Positions 31,100 through 54,922 are shown, numbered from the stretch's first letter. The stretch: DNA of 64,000 nucleotides from the human T2T-CHM13v2.0 reference genome, Homo sapiens (GCF_009914755.1 NC_060925.1); one strand, 5' to 3'. The notes: generated by a model from the sequence alone, not told the origin. Numbers and translations: made by a program.

Positions 31100-32113
31100 G
31101 TCAGACTGAACCAGCAGCTGGGCTCAGTTTGTCTTTGGGGATGTCCTCTGTCATTGGGTTTTCTGGCCAGACTCTGTGTATCATGATTGCAGGAGCCTGG
31201 GTTTACCAATTTTGAAATTTCATGTCATGCAGGCCAGTATGGTTCTAGTCCAGGAGGCACTTGTTCTGGCTGTTGTTCTTGCCATGTCTTTGGTTTTATG
31301 TATGTGTGAGAGAATGTATGTGTTGACATGTGTATACATATGCAAGTGTTTTCTTTTAGTGAGACTTTTCCTTCGCTGTATCTCATTGTCTCTGAATTTC
31401 AAATGAAAATCATGTATCTAGTCCTTTCCCTACTTTACTTTCTCCTTTAGCATTGTTTTGAGGGCTCGTAAGAACATCTAGATACCCTGAGCTCTTGAGG
31501 AGAAGGGTTCTGAAATCAGTTTCATTCTATTTAATCTATTTCAAATGATTTACCATAAGGTTCCTTGACAATCCTTAAGTGGCTGACAAGGAAATTTTAT
31601 TAGAATCGTATTAATTTTTGGCTCTTTAAGAATTAATATTATTTTCTTGCACCTTTCCTCACAGTATAGTGCCCAGTGCTTATTCGCTTATTCAATCATG
31701 GAAAACAGTATGTAGAAGCAGGATGATACTAAAACAAACAAACAAACAAACAAAAAACTAACCATCCTACCATCTTCCATCACAACTCTCTTCTTGCAAA
31801 GCTCAACTCAACATAATTACATTAATAGTAACATCAAAACCTTAGAATACCCAGAATGATGTTCATGCCATTTCTGCTATTTGAATAGTAAGTTGGCATA
31901 TAGCAAGATGATATTAGAATTGTCATTATCACCATAAAATTTGTCTCAAGGGCTCCTTTATTAAATGTTGTGCAAAAAATTGAGCTTTTGAGTCAGACTT
32001 TAAGGGAATTAGGGTAGTTGGTGCCATATGTCCTGTATTACTGTCTCATTTTTTCAACTATATTGAAATTGAGATATATTAATGGAAAGCTTTAGGTTAC
32101 CTTTGAAAACTGA

Positions 32114-32285
32114 GCATGTGCAATGCTCGCATTCAGGAGTTTATATAGCATGATATAACCTTTGGATAATTAATGAAGTAAAATTCATCTGAGCCACATT
32201 AAGACAAGACCCAGCCCAGATTCAGGGTAGACTCCTGAGCTGCAGCAGGTGATAGAACTGCATGTGAACATTCTCCCTGAGCATG
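32114..32285 (+). promoter_or_regulatory. Cluster of four GCATG (RBFOX-type) motifs
   Basis: GCATG at 32114, 32148, 32260 (TGCATG from 32259) and 32281. Confidence 0.55.
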
Positions 32286-32440
32286 TAATTAATTCCACAA
32301 TGCTTATTAACCTTGTTATTGTCAGAAATGCTCTGCTTCTCTCAATATTTGCCTTGGATGTGTGTGTATGTCTCTGTGTTAACTTGTTTGCTTTGCTTTT
32401 TTCAGATTCAGTCTGCACCCATCCTAACCCATGAAGATCC

Positions 32441-32632
32441 TGTTTTACAGCTGAAGAGCTCTTAGGAGTTCTCTTCCAGAGCCCTTCTATTTGTCCTAAA
32501 GAGGGGGAGAGAGGGCCAATTTGGGCACCTGTTTGTAAGTGCAGGTGACTAAAGCGCCATCAGAAGGTAGAAACTGGTGGAAAATGGTTTTAGAAGGATG
32601 GTCAGGAGAACACATCATGCTCAATTGCTCAG
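32441..32632 (+). promoter_or_regulatory. 3' arm of a putative long-range intronic RNA duplex (pairs with 12323-12496)
   Basis: Reverse-complement blocks listed in the first finding. Confidence 0.7.
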
Positions 32633-33366
32633 TCAGGTGCTTCAATGTCATACAACTGAGATAAAATCTAGAGAAAGGATCAGGCACAGAAACATATTCC
32701 CTCTCTCTCCTTGGGCCTGGCCTGTTCCTTTGATATTAGTGTAGACACCTAAAGGACTGAGCCAGTTGCTATTCTTGGGCACTTTCCTTCTCAAAATAGC
32801 CAAATCTAGCCCTTCATGCCTGGCGTGTAATCATTTTATTTAATGAGTCTCTGGATTGATGAGACATTTGATTTATAAAGTCAGCTCAATTATTAAGAAG
32901 CTCGATTAACTTATGAATTATCCAGGTCTTTGATTTTTCTTTCTACTCCAATTCTTCTACTTTTGCATATTATGTAGCAAATCTCTGGTTCTAGTGGAGG
33001 GATTGATCAGAACCACTAAATTATTATCATCACCATTATCATGTGTGGATTTCAAGCATCTGGGCTCTTTCTTCTCCATTTCCAAAGATAATAACAGCAG
33101 TCTGGTGAAGGAGCTCTCAAACCAAAACCTGAACTAGAAACATTCTCATAATTATCCTGATTATCCAATCCATAGACCCAGATCAATGGACTGTCCAAAT
33201 GAGGGGAGCTTTCCGAATATGATTTCTATGTCTTTTCCTATTCTAGTCTCCCACCAACTTTTCCATCCTTGAGATATAACCTTCCTGTTTTACATTTCAG
33301 GGAGTTTCTTGTATTTGCAAAATGTGAATTACGAAATGTCTCTTGACCCCTTTGCATTTTAATTAG

Positions 33367-33516
33367 ACCCTGCAGAAACAACAAAATACCTGTCACCAGC
33401 AACTGGAGGATCTTTGCAGTTGGGTAGGACAGGCAGAAAGAGCACTGGCAGGCCACCAAGGCAGAACCACCCAGCAGGATCTCTCTGCTTTGCAGAAGAA
33501 CCAAAGTGACTTGAAG
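33367..33516 (+). CDS. MACF1: MACF1 coding exon (TLQKQQNTC...NQSDLK); first exon after the plectin block
   Basis: tgcattttaattag|acc, aag|gtcagt; 150 nt; not in ORF track. Confidence 0.91.
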
Positions 33517-33535
33517 GTCAGTGTGAATCTGTCAA

Positions 33536-33821
33536 TTTTGACACAAAGTCTCGCTCTATCGCTTAGGCTGGAGTACAGTGGTGTTATCTTGGCTCACTGC
33601 AGCTTCGATCTCCTGGGCTCAGGCAATCCTCCCACCTCAGCCTCCCCAGGAGCTGGGACAAAGTCATGAGCCACCATGTCCTAATTTTTTAATTTTTTTG
33701 TAGAGATGGGGTATCACTATGTTGCCAAAGCTGGTCTCGAACTCTGGGCTCAAGCAATCCTCCTGCCGTGGCCTTGGCCTCTCAAAGTGTTAGGATAACA
33801 GGCTTGAGCCACCATGCCTGG
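33536..33821 (-). mobile_element. Alu (J-like) starting ~20 nt after an exon donor
   Basis: Reverse Alu motifs. Confidence 0.85.
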
Positions 33822-34673
33822 TGATTTTTTCATTCCTTCGACAAATATTTAGTGCTCAAGGGTTAGCAATAATGGTAAACAGACATCATCCCTGGCCTTG
33901 TGAAGCACACAGTCTAGCAGGGCATACAGAAATTATACAGGTTATTATAAAAATGAACATAAAATTATTAACTGTTATATCTGTGAAGGAAAACTCATAT
34001 GAGAACATATAGCAGAGAGACCCAATCTAGTCTAGGATTTCAGAAAAGATTATCTTGAAGAAGTGTCACCTAAACTTGAGAAATGAAAGATATGTAGGCG
34101 TTAATGCATGAAGAGGTAGGAGGAGGAAGAGAACATACCAGGCAGAGGCTTATATATTGGTCTTGAGGTGGGTATGGTATTGAGCACAACATATTCAAGA
34201 ACCGAAAGAAAGCTAGTTCGACTGGACTGCAAAAAACAAGAGGAAAATTAGGGAAAGTTGAAGTTGGAGGGGTAAGTGGGACCTGTATCACACTGGACCC
34301 CGCAGGCCACATTAAGGATAAGGAGTGATACCCAAGAGAGTATAAGGGCCCATCAGGCCTCGACTCTGCTAAGATCATGTTGTCAACACTTCTTTATGGA
34401 AAGAATGATCTCTTTGAGGATAATGCATTGCAAAATGAAAAATCTCTCATGTTCATGTTTATGGACAACCTCCTTTTTTGGCTTCACTAAATATTTGCTT
34501 AGAAAACAAAATCAAATTTCTTTGCATTGATTTAAGCCTAAACCTGAAGCAAATTGTAGTTAGGGACTATATACAGGACTATATGTCATCCTAGCCATTC
34601 CATCTTTATACCATTAGAGGACTTAGAAGCACTAAAGTCGAAGGCTCTGCCATTCCTATTTTCTTGTGTTAAG

Positions 34674-34907
34674 GATTTACAGGATGACATTCAGAATCGT
34701 GCCACCTCATTTGCCACTGTTGTCAAGGACATTGAGGGGTTCATGGAAGAGAATCAGACCAAGCTGAGCCCACGTGAGTTGACAGCTCTTCGGGAAAAGC
34801 TTCATCAGGCTAAGGAGCAATATGAGGCGCTCCAGGAAGAGACACGTGTGGCCCAGAAGGAACTGGAGGAAGCAGTGACCTCCGCCTTACAGCAGGAGAC
34901 TGAAAAG
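34674..34907 (+). CDS. MACF1: MACF1 coding exon (DLQDDIQNR...QQETEK)
   Basis: ttcttgtgttaag|gat, aag|gtaata; 234 nt. Confidence 0.92.
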
Positions 34908-35000
34908 GTAATAGACTGCTATGACGCTTGATATTTTTCAAAAAAGAAAATTTTGGTACCAACACAAATAAAAGACAGTGAGGGGAAAACAGGCTTATAG

Positions 35001-40560
<5,560 letters not shown>

Positions 40561-41264
40561 AAACTTACAATTTTTATATTGTCACATGTATGATTTATTC
40601 AGCTACCCTTCCACTAATGTAGATGATTATTAGTTGTCCATTTGTACAGTTTAGCGAAGAGAGTCAGGTTTGAGTTGCAGTTCTGTTCGTTAACAAACTG
40701 CATGACCTTAGTCAAGATATATAACGTCTTTTTGGTATTCACTTACTCTTAATATGGGTATTATATTGTCTACCTACATTATAGGTCGTGCCACAAAGCA
40801 AATGAGATAATACATGTAAAATCTCTTTGAAAACCATAAAGTCCTATACGTGTCAGTTCAGAGGGGATTAGCATGTGGCATACTGTTTAGAGAGTGACTG
40901 ATATTGGTGATTTCTGAGCAGTTGGAAAAGTGATCTATTGAGTAGAGGTAGAGACCTCTCCCTACTTCTAGCTTATAGGTAGATGGTCCTTGAAGATTAT
41001 AAGTACAACTTAAGAGTCAGCATCTAAATTAAAGGGCTATACCTAAAACAAGGGGCTGAACTGAATAAAATGAAGTTAACAGGGAAAAATGTGAGATGCA
41101 GCAAAACTGAGAGAGGTGTATGACTTGACAGCAATGTGGGTGAAAAGACCAAGGCTGAATGTAAGCAGACCTCACATGGAGTATGAAGTCCAGTCTTGTA
41201 TACCTCAAATTATTGTGGATTGCCTACTGATTGTCCTTTGTTTGGGGGGATTTTTTTTTACCAG

Positions 41265-41783
41265 GCCCGTCACCAAGAATTGCTGTCCCAGCAGCAAAAT
41301 TTCATTCTGGCCACCCAGTCAGCTCAGGCCTTCTTGGATCAGCATGGCCACAATCTCACACCTGAGGAGCAACAGATGCTGCAACAGAAGCTGGGAGAGC
41401 TAAAGGAACAATACTCTACTTCCCTGGCCCAATCAGAGGCAGAACTGAAGCAGGTGCAGACACTTCAGGATGAGTTGCAGAAATTTCTGCAGGATCATAA
41501 AGAGTTTGAAAGCTGGTTGGAACGATCCGAGAAAGAGCTGGAGAACATGCATAAGGGAGGCAGCAGCCCCGAGACCCTTCCCTCCCTGCTAAAGCGGCAA
41601 GGAAGCTTCTCAGAGGATGTCATTTCCCACAAAGGAGACTTGAGATTTGTGACTATCTCAGGACAGAAAGTCTTGGACATGGAAAACAGTTTTAAGGAAG
41701 GCAAAGAACCATCAGAAATTGGAAACTTAGTAAAGGACAAGTTGAAGGATGCAACAGAAAGATACACTGCTCTCCACTCAAAG
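41265..41783 (+). CDS. MACF1: MACF1 coding exon, spectrin repeats (ARHQELLSQ...TALHSK)
   Basis: tttttttttaccag|gcc, aag|gtaagg; 519 nt. Confidence 0.95.
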
Positions 41784-42586
41784 GTAAGGGGGCAGTTCCT
41801 GGCATCCTTGGTGAAACAATCATGGCAGCCTTCACACAATGTAGGTAGTGTCTGGGGCTCAGAATAAGAACTCCAGGACACAGTAGGAGAGCTGATTTAT
41901 ACTTGGACCATGGGCAGAAGGTCTTCACAAACAATGCACAAAATGTAAAATACATAGGTACTAGCCCAAAGGCCTGATAGCTAGCTAATACCTAATACCT
42001 AGCACTGGCAGGAGTATATCACACTGATGGTGAAGGTGGAAGTATTCCCCTTCCTGTATCCTGACCAGCAGACTTGGACTCCCAAGAGACATAGCACACA
42101 GGGGAAATTTAAACCAATTGCACAGTCTTTATTTCTGTCTTTATTTCACAGAGCATCTAGGGTGAATCCTTACCTTCCTTCCTATCTAAAGAACTTGCTC
42201 GCTCTTCTAAAGTTTAGAATCCAGTCAGCTCTTCTTACCTGTCTTATGCCTTCTGCCAACACTTCTAATCCCCAAGAAAGAATACTTTTTGCACTTCTTA
42301 ACCCCTACCTTTGTCTGCAACCTTATGTTCATTTCTTTGGAAGCTTGTCATACATCTCATTAAATTTTCCTGGGAATGTAAGAAGGTCAAGGTGAATAGT
42401 ATGGAGCAAACAATGGGGACCCACACTTAGAGATCATTGCTACCCATCTATCCATGGGTTCTGGCAATACCCTTATCTGAAGTTACAGTGAGTTGTCTGT
42501 AACAAAGCCAGGCCTCTTTCTTTGGGCAGCTGCTGCCTTTGGCCTGACCTTGCTTAAGTCTGCTTACCTTTCTTTCTCTGGCACAG

Positions 42587-42763
42587 TGTACACGATTAGG
42601 ATCTCACCTGAATATGCTGTTAGGCCAGTATCATCAATTCCAAAACAGTGCTGACAGCCTGCAGGCCTGGATGCAGGCTTGTGAGGCCAACGTGGAGAAG
42701 CTCCTCTCAGATACTGTTGCCTCTGACCCTGGAGTTCTCCAGGAGCAGCTTGCAACAACAAAG
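42587..42763 (+). CDS. MACF1: MACF1 coding exon (CTRLGSHLN...QLATTK)
   Basis: tttctctggcacag|tgt, aag|gtaagt; 177 nt. Confidence 0.94.
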
Positions 42764-43030
42764 GTAAGTCAGGACACAGGCTGTGTTGTGGTGTCAAGAC
42801 CTTGTATTCCATGGCGTAAAGTACCCCAAAATAAAGCAAATGCTTACATAAAATAAAGGCAGTGGTTGGGATGCCTTGGACAAGATCTGAGTGCTAAACA
42901 CTTGCTTCTAATATTTATGGCTATGGTTAAACTTACAATTATTCTGTAAAGCTGTTCAGTAGCTCCGGATTCCTAGAATCATCTTTGATTACTTAGATGT
43001 TTTTCTTTTGTTTTTTTCATGGACAAGCAG

Positions 43031-43154
43031 CAGTTGCAGGAGGAATTGGCTGAGCACCAAGTACCTGTGGAAAAACTCCAAAAAGTAGCTCGTGACATAA
43101 TGGAAATTGAAGGGGAGCCAGCCCCAGACCACAGGCATGTTCAAGAAACTACAG
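43031..43154 (+). CDS. MACF1: MACF1 coding exon (QLQEELAEH...VQETT); tandem NAG acceptor, start may shift by 3 nt
   Basis: ttttcatggacAAGCAG|CAGttg, g|gtataa; phase 0-1. Confidence 0.88.
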
Positions 43155-43578
43155 GTATAAAGCAGCAACAGTATAATAGTACTCCCTTAATTCCTAGTAT
43201 GTACCTCTATTCTGCAATATGTCACATTGTGTTGTGCAAATATCTGTGGTGCCAGGCTAGAGGCTGAGAATATAAACATGAATAGACATAGATTGTCATC
43301 AAAGAGCTTATCCTCTAATGAACTTTATTCTTGCACCATTGAAGGACCTTCACAATCTGGCTTCAGTCCCTTTTCCCCAGACATCTATCTTCTAGCCACA
43401 TCTACTTTTCTTTCCCAAGTAAACCACTTACATTGTATTACCCCTGAAGTTTTTCCTATTGCTTAGCTGATAACATTTATTGAATGCTTACCAAGCGTGG
43501 TGAAATCTTGCCCATGCTTCAAGATGTAGCCAAGAGTATATCATGGTGACTATAGTTAATAACAATATATCGTATACA

Positions 43579-44029
<451 letters not shown>

Positions 44030-44438
44030 TTAAGTGTTTTCACCACAAAAAAATGATAAGTATGTGAGGTAATGCATATGTTAAATAGCTTAGCTTAGCC
44101 ATCCCACTCCTCAAAAGAAACGAAAGATAATTATTCTTCCTTCTGGGCTTCTCGAGGACAGTACTTCTAGTATTAATATACCACTTAAGATTTGATTTTT
44201 ATCATTAATTGTGATGCATCTTCCTCTGCCTATGCTCTGTTTTAAAGTCTTAAGTTGTAGATGTCAGATAAGATACTTAAGTATCTTTAGTCCTCAGCAT
44301 CTAGTACAATTTCTGGTTCTTTGTATGCAGTAAATAACTAATGCTTATTGAACTTGGCTCTGATACTAATGCATTTCAAACTTATTCCTTCTATTGGTCT
44401 TAATGTCAATTATTATTACAATTACTATGTTCAATGTA

Positions 44439-44580
44439 GGACTGGGCATGGTGGCTCATGCCTGTAATCCAGGCACTTTAGGAGGCTGAAGTAGGAAGAT
44501 TGCTTAAGGCCAGGAGTTCAAGACCAGCTTGGGCAACATATTAAGACCACATCCATATAATAATAATAATAATAATAATT
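44439..44580 (+). mobile_element. Alu monomer (FLAM-like) with (TAA)n tail
   Basis: Left-arm motifs followed by taataataa. Confidence 0.8.
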
Positions 44581-44677
44581 TTTATTATTTATTATTTAAT
44601 AATATTAATAATAAAGTCTTTAAAAGCATAATACAAAAATTGTCTCCACTCTTTCTTTTCATGGCCTGATTTTTCAG

Positions 44678-44886
44678 ATTCCATACTCAGCCACTTCCAA
44701 AGCCTCTCCTATAGCCTGGCTGAGCGATCTTCTCTGCTGCAGAAAGCAATTGCCCAATCTCAGAGTGTCCAGGAAAGCCTGGAGAGCCTGTTGCAGTCTA
44801 TTGGGGAAGTTGAACAAAACCTGGAAGGGAAGCAGGTGTCATCACTCTCATCAGGAGTCATCCAGGAAGCCTTAGCCACAAATATG
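44678..44886 (+). CDS. MACF1: MACF1 coding exon (DSILSHFQS...ALATNM)
   Basis: gatttttcag|at, atg|gtaaga; phase 1-0. Confidence 0.93.
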
Positions 44887-45244
44887 GTAAGATCTGTGTC
44901 CCAAGAGCTAGCATAGAGGGTATGTTTGCTATGTGCCATCATTACATAATGTTGAAAAAGTAACAAGAGGGAACCTAATATCTGTGAATCATCTAATAAG
45001 ATTTAGAAATGATAACTAATCTATGTAAAGATATTTCTACCCAGTTGAGCTGGAATGAAAGTGGAGATAGCAAAGTCATGTGGTAGAAGGGGTGGAGAAC
45101 TAAGGTGATGAGATGTGTGGTATTCTGGAGGCTCGGTTGCAGTCCTCCAGTCCCCCTTGTGAGATAGCATATAGTTATTAGTTTGTGGCTCAGATGTCCT
45201 GGAATAAGTGAACCAGGAGCTGACAGACGTGTTCTTCATGACAG

Positions 45245-45562
45245 AAATTGAAGCAGGACATTGCTCGGCAAAAGAGCAGCTTGGAGGCCACCCGTGAGAT
45301 GGTGACCCGATTCATGGAGACAGCAGACAGTACTACAGCAGCAGTGCTGCAGGGCAAACTGGCAGAGGTGAGCCAGCGGTTCGAACAGCTCTGTCTACAG
45401 CAGCAAGAAAAGGAGAGCTCCCTAAAGAAGCTTCTACCCCAGGCAGAGATGTTTGAACACCTCTCTGGTAAGCTGCAGCAGTTCATGGAAAACAAAAGTC
45501 GGATGCTGGCCTCTGGAAATCAGCCAGATCAAGATATTACACATTTCTTCCAACAGATCCAG
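45245..45562 (+). CDS. MACF1: MACF1 coding exon (KLKQDIARQ...FFQQIQ)
   Basis: gtgttcttcatgacag|aaa, cag|gtgagg; 318 nt. Confidence 0.92.
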
Positions 45563-47473
45563 GTGAGGATATATCTGCCATGTTAGCAGAATAAAGGGAA
45601 GAGAAGGGCAGGGAGAGAACCAGCATTTGCTGAGCGCATACTACATCAGTCAGTATACTGGAAACTACCTGCATTATCTTTGGGAATTATTACAGTGATC
45701 CCGTAAACTAGGTATCATTTGTCCATTTTTTAAGCAACACAGTCAATATTTATTTTTCACTCTTATTACATGTTCAACCCAAATCAGCAGGGCCACTCAG
45801 TTCATCATAGTCACTCAAGGGATGCAGATTGATGGAGATTTCATCCTGATATAAGCTTTCATGATTACTGCCTCAGTGGTAAAAGGGCATATTATATTTA
45901 TTTACATTTTATTAGTCAAAGCACTTTCCACAAAACCACCTATACCTTTCAAGAGGGTGAGGAAATGTAATCTCACCACTTACCTAGAAGGTGCAAAGCT
46001 AGAAATATTTGGTAAAAGTATTAACAGCTACCACAGATATATATCCAGAAGTAAAACTGCCAAGTCATAGTATATGCATATATTAATTTAATTCGACTCA
46101 GTAGTGGCCAATTTGAGCTCCAGAATGGCTGTACCAGCACACATTCCCACCTGTAGTACTTCAGCATTCCTGTATCTCTGCATTGCTGCCTTCGCTTTAT
46201 CCAGCTTTCTAACTTTTTCCATATTAAAGTGGAATCTCATTGTTTGGTTTGGTTTGCTCTCCTTTTTGCTTTGAATGATTTCAAACTTACAGAAAAGCAG
46301 AAGAAATGGTCCATTACACACCAGCATACTCTTCACCTAGATTCACCAGTTGCTAATTGTTTTCCCTCTCTTATAAAAATATAAAAGAGAGTATCATTAT
46401 GGGCTTCTATATTTGTTATTACCATTATTCTTTATGATACTTAACGTTTTCCCAAATGTGGTCGGTGGGAGCCTCTTCAAGCTGTCTCCTGTGGCTTTTT
46501 GACATGTCTTCCTCAGCATAAGAGCACTTTTGGAACTTAAGATATTTGTGGCACAATAATGTATTTCCTTGTCCCCTATCTGAAATCAGCTATTTATCCA
46601 AGGAGTCCCACTTTTAGTGGGGAATGATATTTAGAAACCAAATCTGGACACTAGATGAGCTACTGGAGTGTCACTACTTTTAGGTTCTTTTTAATAGATA
46701 GTGTTAGGAAATATATGTGTATGTTTCTTATATCATAAAATCATACTGATAGTCTAGTCTCAACGCAACACCATAGGAATCTTCCTCCTTTCCACATTTG
46801 TATCTTCCTTTCCTGTAGGGAGAACCCTAGTTCCCAGCAACTTTAATATATTTACTTATTTGTTTTATTCTACAATAAATATAAGATAGTTTTAGAATTA
46901 CATTAGTATTTCTACCAATAACAAACCTGCTAAATAAAATTGAAGATTTCTTTGGATTTGTTTTTGTCCTTAGCCTATGACCCACTATGTACTGTGTTCA
47001 AAAATTACCTGAATTATTTTTTCTGTAATTTCTTATATAATTAGATTTGTTTCTATTTGTATTCAACTTTAGGACTTTATTTTTCTACCTTTGTTGATTA
47101 AACTTATTTTTAAATATGTAAAGCATTAACATAGGTCAAAAGTTAAAACTCTTCAAAAAGTTATACTCAAGGTATAGGAAGTGAATAAGGATATATTCTC
47201 ATTGTCTTTCCTGTCTCTTCCATCCCATTTTCACCCATCCCCATAGTAACACATTTCAGGTTTATTTTTTTCTATTCCTTTTTACCAAAATGAACATACA
47301 CACACATTCTTATTCTCCATTCTTCCTTACAAAAAAGAAGGGTATATTACGTAATCCTTTGCTTTTTTACTTAATATGTCTTGGAAATCACTTAATATGG
47401 ATTCACAGAGATCTTTGTTTTTTAAACCATACTTTCATTGTGTAGAAGAGTTACAGTTTAATCAACAAGACTC

Positions 47474-51390
<3,917 letters not shown>

Positions 51391-51689
51391 TAAGTATAAT
51401 GTTAAATAATAGTGGAGATAGTGTGTTTACCCCCATTTTATAGAAGAGACCATGAAGCTTAGAGTAGTTTAGTAGCTTAAGATCACAAGTTGGTAAGTGG
51501 CAAAGTGTGATTGAATTTCAGGTGAGGTGTATTTGACTCCTGAAACTTTCATTCTTTACGTCCTGTCATGGTACCTCCCAAGTCTTTGAACGTTTGTTTA
51601 GAGGAGACAAGACTGTTTTGTAATTCCTAGCCACTCTCCAGTGGATTGAAGTTGTCCTACATATTTATCAGATTTTTTAATTGGGCTTT

Positions 51690-51878
51690 TTAATACAAAA
51701 AATAATTAGCTGGGCATGGTGGCAGGAGACTGTAATCCCAGCTGCTCGAGATGCTGAGGCAGGAGAATCGCTTGAACCCAGGAGGCGGAAGTTGCAGTGA
51801 GCCAAGATACCGCCATTGTACTCCAGCCTGGATGACAGGAGTAAAACTCTGTCTCAAAAGGAAAAAAAAAAAAAAAAA
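51690..51878 (+). mobile_element. Alu right arm
   Basis: attagctgggcatggtggc...A tail. Confidence 0.88.
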
Positions 51879-52032
51879 TGTTTGTTTGTTTTTTTTAAAC
51901 TTTTCACTGAGTTGCATATTTATTGTTTTGATCTAGCATTTGACCTGGCAAGCATACCTCTTTCCTTATTCCTTTTTAGAGTATATTTATAAGGATTAGA
52001 GGATTTAATACATTTCCTTGTTTGCTTGACAG

Positions 52033-52199
52033 GAGCTCAATTTGGAAATGGAAGACCAACAGGAGAACCTAGATACTCTTGAGCACCTGGTCACTGAACT
52101 GAGCTCTTGTGGCTTTGCGCTGGACTTGTGCCAGCATCAGGACAGGGTACAGAATCTAAGAAAAGACTTCACAGAGCTACAGAAGACAGTTAAAGAGAG
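52033..52199 (+). CDS. MACF1: MACF1 coding exon (ELNLEMEDQ...KTVKER)
   Basis: ttgtttgcttgacag|gag, ag|gtgagt; phase 0-2. Confidence 0.92.
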
Positions 52200-52374
52200 G
52201 TGAGTTATCACTTGTGTTGGTCAGCATTGGGGAACTATTTTTTCTTGTTATGGAGTGAAATGATCTTTTCTCTTTTCTTCCTTTACCAGAACAGATGGCA
52301 TCTAAAATTCTACTACTGAGTTGTAGGAGGGTGAAAAGTGCCTTTTTTTAGGCAAAGCTACCTCATCTACTTGA

Positions 52375-53040
<666 letters not shown>

Positions 53041-53914
53041 ACATTTAAGTTGCTATTTTAGAAGAGTATCTGGATTCTTCTTTCAAGGCAAACAAGGGAA
53101 TATATGACAAGGCTGGCTGATTTTGGTCCCTGTTGAAAAGCCATGATTCCTCACTGGACAGCCTCACATAGATTTAAGAGCATGAACAAGACTTCTTATC
53201 TAAGTTTAGCGATAAATATGATCTTGATTTAGCAGATAACTGCCTTAGTGATTAGAAGAAAAGAGTTGCTCAAACCAACATTATTAGCAGCAGGTTATCT
53301 AATGGAGAGGATGGGGACAAAGGTCAAGAAAGCTTTTGTTTTTCTTCCCCTATGCTGAGGGCCTTTTTACTGTATGAGGAATCAGGATTTCTGGATTGAC
53401 ATCTGTCTGATAGATATGGCCATTTCCAAAACTTTCCTTTTGATTTAGTTTATTCATTGGCATCATTAATCTAGAACTAATCACCTAACTTCTGTGAGCC
53501 TCAGTTTCGGCACCTTCCTTGCTAAAGCAATCAGCACTTGAATTGGTCCTTGAAAGAGTCAAATAGCTAAAATGTAGCAGGGCCGGAATTGAGATCCAAA
53601 GCCTGCATTCTTTCCATTGTATCACAGTACCTAAATAGCAGCCTCCCTTTAGTTTTTCTCACTTTCACTTTAGCCTAGAGTAAGATTGAAGACCTCTTTC
53701 CCCAGAAATGTCCAAACAAGGGCAATATATTCCTGAGTTTGGTACGCTTCAATGTTATATGCGGTTGTTCAGCCAAACCTGCTATGGAAAAGATTATGAG
53801 AAAGAAAGGCCATGTTAGGTAACTGATGTCTGGAGTCACAGAATGAACTACTCTTAGCTCAAGTTGACTTTATAAAACTTAGTCTGGCAAGTAACAAAAC
53901 TGCTTCATTGACAG

Positions 53915-54071
53915 AGAGAAAGATGCATCATCTTGCCAGGAACAGTTGGATGAATTCCGGAAGCTGGTCAGGACCTTCCAGAAATGGTTGAAAGAAACTG
54001 AAGGGAGTATTCCACCTACGGAAACTTCTATGAGTGCTAAAGAGTTAGAAAAGCAGATTGAACACCTGAAG
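53915..54071 (+). CDS. MACF1: MACF1 coding exon (EKDASSCQE...QIEHLK)
   Basis: tgcttcattgacag|a, aag|gtaggt; phase 2-0. Confidence 0.91.
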
Positions 54072-54922
54072 GTAGGTGAACAAAGGGACTCCAAGAATTG
54101 GGCTAGGCACTGGTTTGAATACTTGTATTAACTGGTCTCCAGCTGTGGTGGGGAAATGTATGAGAAATCCAAGTTGTCAGTCTGCATCAGAACAGAAATT
54201 CCTACGTTTTCTTCATATGATAACCATCTACCCATACAGTCCTTGAGAAGCATACACTCTCTTTGTATGTTTGAGAATTAGACAAATATATTTGAGCAAG
54301 TAACCAGATAATATGATCAGGAAATTGAGGATAGAAGAACTAGTACTACTTCAGCTAGTAAAGGAAAAGCTAGAATCAGATGGTTGGAAGGTACCTTCAA
54401 GGATGGGACCAACCTTCCTCCCATTCCCTGCAAAATCCCTTCTGTACTGTCTTTGATCCGTAATTATCCAGCCTCTGCTTACACCTCTAACCTATGTCTT
54501 CCTTTTGTTGAAATAAGCCAAATATGCCTCTGACTAACTGTCATGCACTTATCCTTATTTTCTCAGTAAAGCATACTTCATCCTGAGCAGATGAAAGAAA
54601 AGCGTTTGATTGCTTTCACAGAGTGAGTGCCAGGAGCATTTGCTGTTGGGAATTCCCTAGGACAGAGCTTTCCCAACATTTTTGTTTCACAGTGCCCATG
54701 GTGTTTTAAGAAATTTGTCATGGCACCTCAAGGCCAAAAAAAACAGAAACAAAAAAAAACTCCTAATACTTCTACTTGCTAAGAAGTTAGGTCCAAACAA
54801 CTTAGTAGTTGTTCATATGGTGTTCAACAGATGTCACTGTATTTTCCTCAAAAATGTAAAATATTCTGTGAGTAAAGCCATAGTTTGGGGACTGTGGCTC
54901 TTTGGAATCAAGAGTGATTAAT

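Noticed and set aside
45194-45244. Upstream alternative acceptor (ctcag|atg) for exon 45245
   Set aside because: In-frame TGA after five codons and a poor pyrimidine tract
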